From contig JAYFQW010000028.1 in the NCBI GenBank assembly GCA_034926675.1, positions 4,693 to 68,692 of the forward strand: 64,000 nt of DNA, in the 5' to 3' direction. A model generated the notes under the pieces. It made no database searches, had not been told where the DNA came from, and saw nothing but the letters and a program-made list of their open reading frames with translations. The translations under genes were made by a program, and so were the position numbers. Below, piece by piece: positions 58,420 through 64,000 of the stretch. How positions within the stretch are numbered: position 1 is the stretch's first letter; each line of letters begins with the position of its first letter. The stretch comes from Clostridia bacterium. GTDB lineage: Bacteria; Bacillota; DTU025.

Positions 58420-58687
58420 TGAAGACGGGGGAACGCGCAGCAGCTTCCCTGTCGACGATTCCCAGCCTCTCGTGATCGTTCCATGTGTGCTCACGGCGGG
58501 CGCACCGCGCGTAGCTGGATATTGAGGAATGGCGGCGCCCCATTCGCCCGTACGATCGGTGGTGGGCTGCAACGCTACTTAAACGTTGCAGCGATTTACG
58601 TCGAGATGGCAGGATACGGACGGACCGGTGACGAATCCATGAGAAATGATTGCAGGCAATATGGCTCACTTTTACGATTAAGCAAAG

Positions 58688-61600
58688 ATGAGGGGGACGC
58701 CGATGAACGCGCTCTCTAGTCTTCTGGGCCGCCGTTTCCGAATGATCGTATTCGACTGGGACGGCACGGCGGTTGCGTCAAGGCATGATCCCGTCGACCA
58801 CCTGCTCTGGAGAGCGGAGGCGCTTCTGGGGCGGGGGGTGTGGCTTGTCGTCATAACAGGCACGAACTTCGACAATCTGAACCGTCAGTTCTTCTCCAAG
58901 GTCAGCCCGAGCCTGAAGACGCAGTTGCTTGGCTGTGTAAACCGGGGCTCGGAGGTGTACGGCTTCACCGAGAACGGCGCTCCCGTACGGCGCCACGCCA
59001 GAATCGCAACTGGTCTCGAGAACCGGCTGATGGACCAGGTGGGCGAGATGGTGCGCCGCCATCTCATGGAGGAATACGGCCTGGAAACGCGGATCATCGC
59101 GGACCGGATGAACAGGCGAAAGCTGGATATCATCCCGATGCCAGGGTGGCAAGATCCGAGAAAGGAGGACATCGGTGAGCTGCTTGCCGCAGTCGACACG
59201 CGCCTGCGTGATGCCGGAGTGCCCGGAATTCGCCATGTGCTCGGCCTTGTTCAGCGATACTGCTGCGATGTTGGCCTCGATGCCCGGATTACCACCGATG
59301 TGAAGCACATAGAGTACGGGCTGACCGACAAGTCGGATTCGGCGGGGTACATCCTGGATCAGATAAGGCCTGCCCAGGGAATGGTCAACGATGATGTTCT
59401 CTTCATCGGCGACGAGTTCGGACCTGTTGGGGGTTTCGAGGGAAGTGACCACAGGATGCTTGTAGGCCAGGCCAGCGGAGCATCGTTTGTGAGTGTCGGC
59501 CGCGAACCCAGCGGTGTTCCCGAGGGCGTGCGCCACATCGGCGGCGGAGTTCCGTCATTTGTCAGCATCCTCGATGAACAGAGGAGGCTCTGGAGGCCAA
59601 GGCCTATCAGGCAGTCCGCGGATGATCTTGTCTCTCCAGGCGATAAGGCCTGGTCCGCCTGGGAATGTGCATGCAATGCGCGAAACGCTGCAGCCTATGA
59701 AACCATGTTCACTGTGGCAAACGGATACATGGGGACGCGCGGCGCCCACGAAGACGGGCTGTACCGCGGGGTTCCCGTCACGTTCGTGGCTGGGCTCTTC
59801 GATCAGGCGCCGGGCGATCTGACCGAGCTGGTCGTCATCCCGGACTGGCTTCCCGTTCGCCTTCGGCTCGATGGCAGAGATGTGATCCCGCACATGGTTG
59901 GAAAGCCGCAGTCTGGGGGACCCGACCGCGAGGGGCTGGCTTCTGCAGACGGCGGCGAGGTTTTCGACTATTCCCGCGCTCTTGACGTGGCTCGCGGCGT
60001 GCTCAGGCGGACATACAAGTACAGATCCGCCGACGGGCGGGTGCTTAGGGTCGAGAGTGAGCGTTTCGCGTCCATCGCCTCGCCCCACATGATGCACATG
60101 AGCTACCAGGCAACGATGGAGAAGGGGACGGGGATGGTGACTCTGAGTTCCATCTTGGATGGCGACGTTGCCAACTCCGGCGCTGCGCACCTGGCCATCG
60201 ACGTGGTTGACGCGGATTCCCATGGCGACTCCCTCATCTGCGGAACGACGCTGCAGTCAGGGATTCCAATCGTTATGGCGTGCTCTGCGCGTGCCTACGT
60301 GACTACGCCTGAGGCTGCACGGGCCGCAGCCCTAGCCACAGCGCCAGCCGCCGATCGAGCCGCCGAACACGATTTCCAGGTTCTCCTCTCTGAGGGCAGC
60401 TCGATTGTCCTGGAGAAGCATGTCGCCGTGTACACCGGCCGCGACGCCGACAGGCCTGCGCACTCCATGGCCTCGGTCGGTCCGTGTGATTCCATGCATG
60501 CCTCTGCCCCAGGCGGTTCATTTCGGGGTGATCTGATTCGAGCTGCCAGGCTGGCGTCCTCCAGTGCAGCAGAAGCCGGTTTCCACCACGTGTTGACTCA
60601 GCATGCGGCCATGTGGGCCGGTAGGTGGGCGAAATGCGATGTGCAGGTCGATGGGCCTGAGCGTGACCAATTGGGAATCAGATTCGCGATGCACCACCTC
60701 ATGGCGTGTGCCTCCGACACTGATGAGACTGTGAGCATACCAGCAAAGGGTCTGCATGGTGAAGGGTATAGGGGGCACATCTTCTGGGATACGGAGATCT
60801 TCGCGTTCCCGTTCTTCGCAGCATCCTTCCCCAAGATCGCCAGGAACCTCCTGATGTACCGATATGGCACTCTTCCCGGCGCTAGGAGGAAGGCTCGGGA
60901 GAACGGGTACAGGGGCGCGATGTTCGCGTGGGAGAGCGCCGACACAGGTGACGAGACGACCCCGAAATGGTCGAAGCCGCATCCTGCCACGGGGGAGCGA
61001 ACCCGCATATGGTGTGGCGATACCGAGGATCACGTGACAGCCGATGTGGCGTACGCGGTTACGCGCTACTGGCGCTGGACTGGCGACAACGTGTTCATGC
61101 GCGAGCACGGTGCGGAGATGGTCATTGAGGCTGCTCGATTCTGGGCGGCGCGCGCCAGCTGGAGCGCGGAGAAGGGACGCTATGAATACCTCAGAGTGAT
61201 CGGTCCTGATGAGTACCACGAGAATGTGAACAACAACGCTTTCACCAACTACATGGCGCATTGGACGATCCGCGCAGGGCTTGCTGCATGTTCCTGGCTG
61301 CGGAGGGAATGCACTCCGCATTGGGAGGCGCTTGCGCGGCGCATCGGCCTGGAGGAAGCGGAACTAGAGGAGATGCAACAGGTTGGGAACCTCATCCACC
61401 TGCCTGAGCCGGATCCATTCACGCGCCTTATCGAGCAGTTTGAAGGGTACTGCAAATGCGACCATATCGACCTGACGAATCTGAATACAGGGGGGAGGCC
61501 TGTGGAGTCGGTGCTTGGGCATGACGCCGTGGCGAAAAGCGATCTGGTCAAGCAGGCTGATCTACTCATGCTTGCTCGCCTTCTGCCAGGTCTGTTTGAC

Positions 61601-62125
61601 CATGAGGTGTGGCAGGCCAACTGGGATTTCTACGAACCCCGCACCGCCCACGGGTCATCGTTGAGCCCGTCGCTTCACGCTGCTCTCGCCTGCAAACTCG
61701 GCAGTTCTGAGGACGCATACAGGTATCTTCAGCACGCTATCTCCCTAGACCTTTCTGATCACATGGGCAATCTGAATGACGGAATACACTGTGCCAACCT
61801 CGGCGGGATCTGGCAGGCCGCGGTGTTTGGCTTCGCTGGAATAGAGGTAGAGGCTGCCGGCGAATGCGGACCGACAACACTTCGGATATCGCCCCGACTC
61901 CCGGATGAGTGGGATCGCATCGAGGCTTCCATTGAACTCAGAGGGCGCCAGATGAGAGTTGCAGTCACGCGAGGGCGAGTTGAACTTGCCCTCGAGGCAT
62001 CGGCAGGCCATGGGCGTGGACATGTGCCAGCTCCCTTGCTGCTAACCCTTAATCCCGGTGAAGCTTATCCCCTCGACGAAATACCGCTGGAACACGATGA
62101 AGAGCACGGCGATGGGCAGCGCTGA
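58688..62125 (+). CDS. large fusion protein: N-terminal HAD-IIB phosphatase-like domain + glycoside hydrolase family 65 (disaccharide phosphorylase) domain; OtsB1 (Rv2006)-like architecture
   Basis: HAD motif I FDWDGTAV near the N-terminus. GH65 catalytic region (GYRGHIFWDTEIFAFPFF) and (alpha/alpha)6 barrel. Confidence 0.75.
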   Translation: MRGTPMNALSSLLGRRFRMIVFDWDGTAVASRHDPVDHLLWRAEALLGRGVWLVVITGTNFDNLNRQFFSKVSPSLKTQLLGCVNRGSEVYGFTENGAPVRRHARIATGLENRLMDQVGEMVRRHLMEEYGLETRIIADRMNRRKLDIIPMPGWQDPRKEDIGELLAAVDTRLRDAGVPGIRHVLGLVQRYCCDVGLDARITTDVKHIEYGLTDKSDSAGYILDQIRPAQGMVNDDVLFIGDEFGPVGGFEGSDHRMLVGQASGASFVSVGREPSGVPEGVRHIGGGVPSFVSILDEQRRLWRPRPIRQSADDLVSPGDKAWSAWECACNARNAAAYETMFTVANGYMGTRGAHEDGLYRGVPVTFVAGLFDQAPGDLTELVVIPDWLPVRLRLDGRDVIPHMVGKPQSGGPDREGLASADGGEVFDYSRALDVARGVLRRTYKYRSADGRVLRVESERFASIASPHMMHMSYQATMEKGTGMVTLSSILDGDVANSGAAHLAIDVVDADSHGDSLICGTTLQSGIPIVMACSARAYVTTPEAARAAALATAPAADRAAEHDFQVLLSEGSSIVLEKHVAVYTGRDADRPAHSMASVGPCDSMHASAPGGSFRGDLIRAARLASSSAAEAGFHHVLTQHAAMWAGRWAKCDVQVDGPERDQLGIRFAMHHLMACASDTDETVSIPAKGLHGEGYRGHIFWDTEIFAFPFFAASFPKIARNLLMYRYGTLPGARRKARENGYRGAMFAWESADTGDETTPKWSKPHPATGERTRIWCGDTEDHVTADVAYAVTRYWRWTGDNVFMREHGAEMVIEAARFWAARASWSAEKGRYEYLRVIGPDEYHENVNNNAFTNYMAHWTIRAGLAACSWLRRECTPHWEALARRIGLEEAELEEMQQVGNLIHLPEPDPFTRLIEQFEGYCKCDHIDLTNLNTGGRPVESVLGHDAVAKSDLVKQADLLMLARLLPGLFDHEVWQANWDFYEPRTAHGSSLSPSLHAALACKLGSSEDAYRYLQHAISLDLSDHMGNLNDGIHCANLGGIWQAAVFGFAGIEVEAAGECGPTTLRISPRLPDEWDRIEASIELRGRQMRVAVTRGRVELALEASAGHGRGHVPAPLLLTLNPGEAYPLDEIPLEHDEEHGDGQR

Positions 62126-63490
62126 GATTACGGTTCCGGCCAGCATGGGGCCCCAGTCGAAGGCCACTGCGTAAGTGCTTCTGAAGTTCAGTAGTCCGAT
62201 GGTGAGGGGGTACTTGTCAGGTGGAGACGTAATGACCACCAGAGGCCAGAAGAACTCGTTCCAAGTTCCCTGGAAGGTCAATATCGCGAGGGCGGCAAGC
62301 GAAGGCCTCGCCAGCGGAACCATGATCCTGAGGAACGTCTGGATCGTGCTTGCGCCGTCTATCCGGGCCGACTCCTCTAGGTCGTGAGGAAGGGACTCGA
62401 AGAACTGCTTCATGATGAAGACAGCGCTTCCCGCGACCATGGTGGATGCGATGTACCCGGTCCAGGTATTCACCAGAGAGCCCCCGCCGAATAGGCGCGA
62501 AAGCCCGAAGATCCCATCGCGCAGGACAAGGTAGTTGGAGATGAAGGTTACCTGCCCCGGGATCATCATGGAGAACAGCGTGAGCAGGAAAAGACCATGC
62601 CTACCACGGAAGTTCAGGCGCGCCAGGGCGTACCCTGCCATCGAGGCGATGATCACCGTTGTAATCACGCGACAGGCACTGAGCAAGAATGAATTCCTGA
62701 TCCAGGTCGCAAACAGGCTCTTCCCTGTTGTGCGGCTGTAGTTCTCGCGGAACACCCGGTTGTAGTTGTAGAACACATATGGCATCACTCCGCCGGTGAT
62801 GTTGTTCCAGCTCTGAACTCGCCCCAGCCTTTCGAGGCGGTTGGGAGCGAGTGTCGCGGACACAAACTTCTGGTAGAGTGGAACCTCCACATCGAGAGGG
62901 AGCTTCTCGTAGGTCAGGGTCCCCGTGTGGGTGATCTCGAACTCGTAGGTCGCTCTCACCATTCCTGACTCAGTAGTCTCCCGTTTCGTCTCGTGCACCT
63001 CGCTGACTTGAGCGTCGTCCGAGGCAAACGGATCAAGCCGAACTGCACCGACTCCCGCCCCTGGAACTCTCCTGGGCACTTTCACTATGGGGACTGCTGG
63101 AGCGGAGTCCGGCGCTGCCTCATACGTCACGCTGAATCCCACCCGGGCGCCAGGTGAAAACGCGCCAAACCATCCCCCTCCTCCGCCCTCGCGGCCGAGC
63201 CTCCAGGCGGCGCCCCAGTTTGTGGGGGATAGCTGGGGCGCGGATAGGCGGGGAGGCCACTCCGTGGGGTTATCCTTGAGGCTTGATAGAGTCGCGAAAA
63301 GGAACGGCCCTGTAAAAAGCATTGAAAGCGCCAGCAGTATCACATAGACGGATGCCGCTCGCGCCCACCTGCGGCGCGTGGTATCGGCAGGTCTCGGTGT
63401 GCGGATGTTCAGGTTCTCATCAGCCATGGCGGCCATTCGCCTCCTCACGCTTCTCGCCTGAGGTCCTTGCCTCAGCATCAGTTTCAGCAC
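62042..63490 (-). CDS. CUT1-family sugar ABC permease (MalG-like) with a roughly 200-aa periplasmic insertion after TM1
   Basis: EAA loop (ESARIDGAST), C-terminal permease core, long N-terminal loop. Overlaps the convergent GH65 gene by 84 nt. Confidence 0.7.
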   Translation of the reverse strand: MLKLMLRQGPQARSVRRRMAAMADENLNIRTPRPADTTRRRWARAASVYVILLALSMLFTGPFLFATLSSLKDNPTEWPPRLSAPQLSPTNWGAAWRLGREGGGGGWFGAFSPGARVGFSVTYEAAPDSAPAVPIVKVPRRVPGAGVGAVRLDPFASDDAQVSEVHETKRETTESGMVRATYEFEITHTGTLTYEKLPLDVEVPLYQKFVSATLAPNRLERLGRVQSWNNITGGVMPYVFYNYNRVFRENYSRTTGKSLFATWIRNSFLLSACRVITTVIIASMAGYALARLNFRGRHGLFLLTLFSMMIPGQVTFISNYLVLRDGIFGLSRLFGGGSLVNTWTGYIASTMVAGSAVFIMKQFFESLPHDLEESARIDGASTIQTFLRIMVPLARPSLAALAILTFQGTWNEFFWPLVVITSPPDKYPLTIGLLNFRSTYAVAFDWGPMLAGTVISALPIAVLFIVFQRYFVEGISFTGIKG

Positions 63491-63511
63491 CAGGCTCGGC
63501 GTCGGGCTTGA

Positions 63512-63991
63512 TCATGCCTTGGTGAACTTCTTCTGCAGCAGTACCAGGAGGAGCGTGAATGCGGCAAGAAACACGGCTGCCGCGGACGCCGCTCCTATCC
63601 GGGGCACTGCCGATGGTGGGAAGGCATTGCGATAAACGAAGTATGCGAGAGTGATTACTGATTCTAACGGCGCTTGGTCCCCAACGATCGCCGCCTGGTC
63701 GAACATCTGCAGAGTTCCAATCAGGCCCATGGTCACAACGAGGAAGGTGACATGCCTGAGCCCTGGGATAGTGATATGCGCAAACGCCGCGAACCCGGTG
63801 GCCCCGTCCACTGCCGCTGCTTCGTACAGTTCCTTCGGAATGTCCTGAAGGCCGGCAAGGAACAGCAGCATCATGGTTGGCGCTGTCGTCCACGTGTTGA
63901 GCATCATGATGGTGCCCAGGGGTCGTGGAAGTCCGAACGGCCCCGCCCATTGGGGGATGGTCTGGCCAGTGTTCAGCCAGATGGTCCTCAC
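63512..63991 (-). CDS. CUT1-family sugar ABC permease (MalF-like), C-terminal part; gene continues beyond the window end
   Basis: EAA loop (ELYEAAAVDGATG). The ORF runs off the edge of the window. Confidence 0.7.
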   Translation of the reverse strand: MRTIWLNTGQTIPQWAGPFGLPRPLGTIMMLNTWTTAPTMMLLFLAGLQDIPKELYEAAAVDGATGFAAFAHITIPGLRHVTFLVVTMGLIGTLQMFDQAAIVGDQAPLESVITLAYFVYRNAFPPSAVPRIGAASAAAVFLAAFTLLLVLLQKKFTKA

Positions 63992-64000
63992 CGGTTCGAT

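Noticed and set aside
1-64000. CRISPR arrays, tRNA/rRNA genes, IS elements or integrases
   Set aside because: No regularly spaced direct repeats with unique spacers, no tRNA-like cloverleaf regions, no rRNA-like stretches, and no transposase or integrase-like ORFs were recognisable anywhere in the window.

Overview
High-GC bacterial chromosomal segment in two parts. About 1-32.4 kb is a near-complete flagellar/motility locus in the Firmicutes/spirochaete-type gene order: fliD-fliS-(fliT-like), then a sigma-54-dependent response regulator and PAS histidine kinase pair, then flgB-flgC-fliE-fliF-fliG-fliH-fliI-fliJ-fliK-flgD-(flagellar operon protein)-flgE-flbD-motA-motB-fliL-fliM-fliN-fliO-fliP-fliQ-fliR-flhB-flhA-flhF-flhG-PilZ-fliA. 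A sigma-54 -24/-12 promoter sits in front of flgB and a palindromic operator array sits in front of the regulator gene. About 32.5-64 kb is an accessory catabolic region on mixed strands. It contains two tandem CUT1-type sugar ABC importers, each carrying a uroporphyrinogen-decarboxylase (URO-D)/MtaA-family gene, plus an amidohydrolase_2 gene. Next comes a second sigma-54 enhancer-binding protein with upstream palindromes and a sigma-54 promoter driving a PLP-enzyme / M20 hydrolase / non-canonical transcarbamylase operon, followed by degraded ABC permease genes. Then comes a corrinoid methyltransferase operon (PocR-AraC regulator, corrinoid protein, MtaA-like methyltransferase, RACo-type reductive activase, MetH-activation-domain-like protein), a TrmB-like regulator, a large HAD-GH65 fusion protein and another sugar ABC permease pair. 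No rRNA, tRNA, CRISPR or obvious mobile elements were seen. The most interesting candidates are the corrinoid/URO-D-family methyltransferase genes embedded in sugar importers, and the sigma-54-controlled transcarbamylase operon of unknown substrate. All protein assignments are from motif and family recognition by eye; no database search was run.
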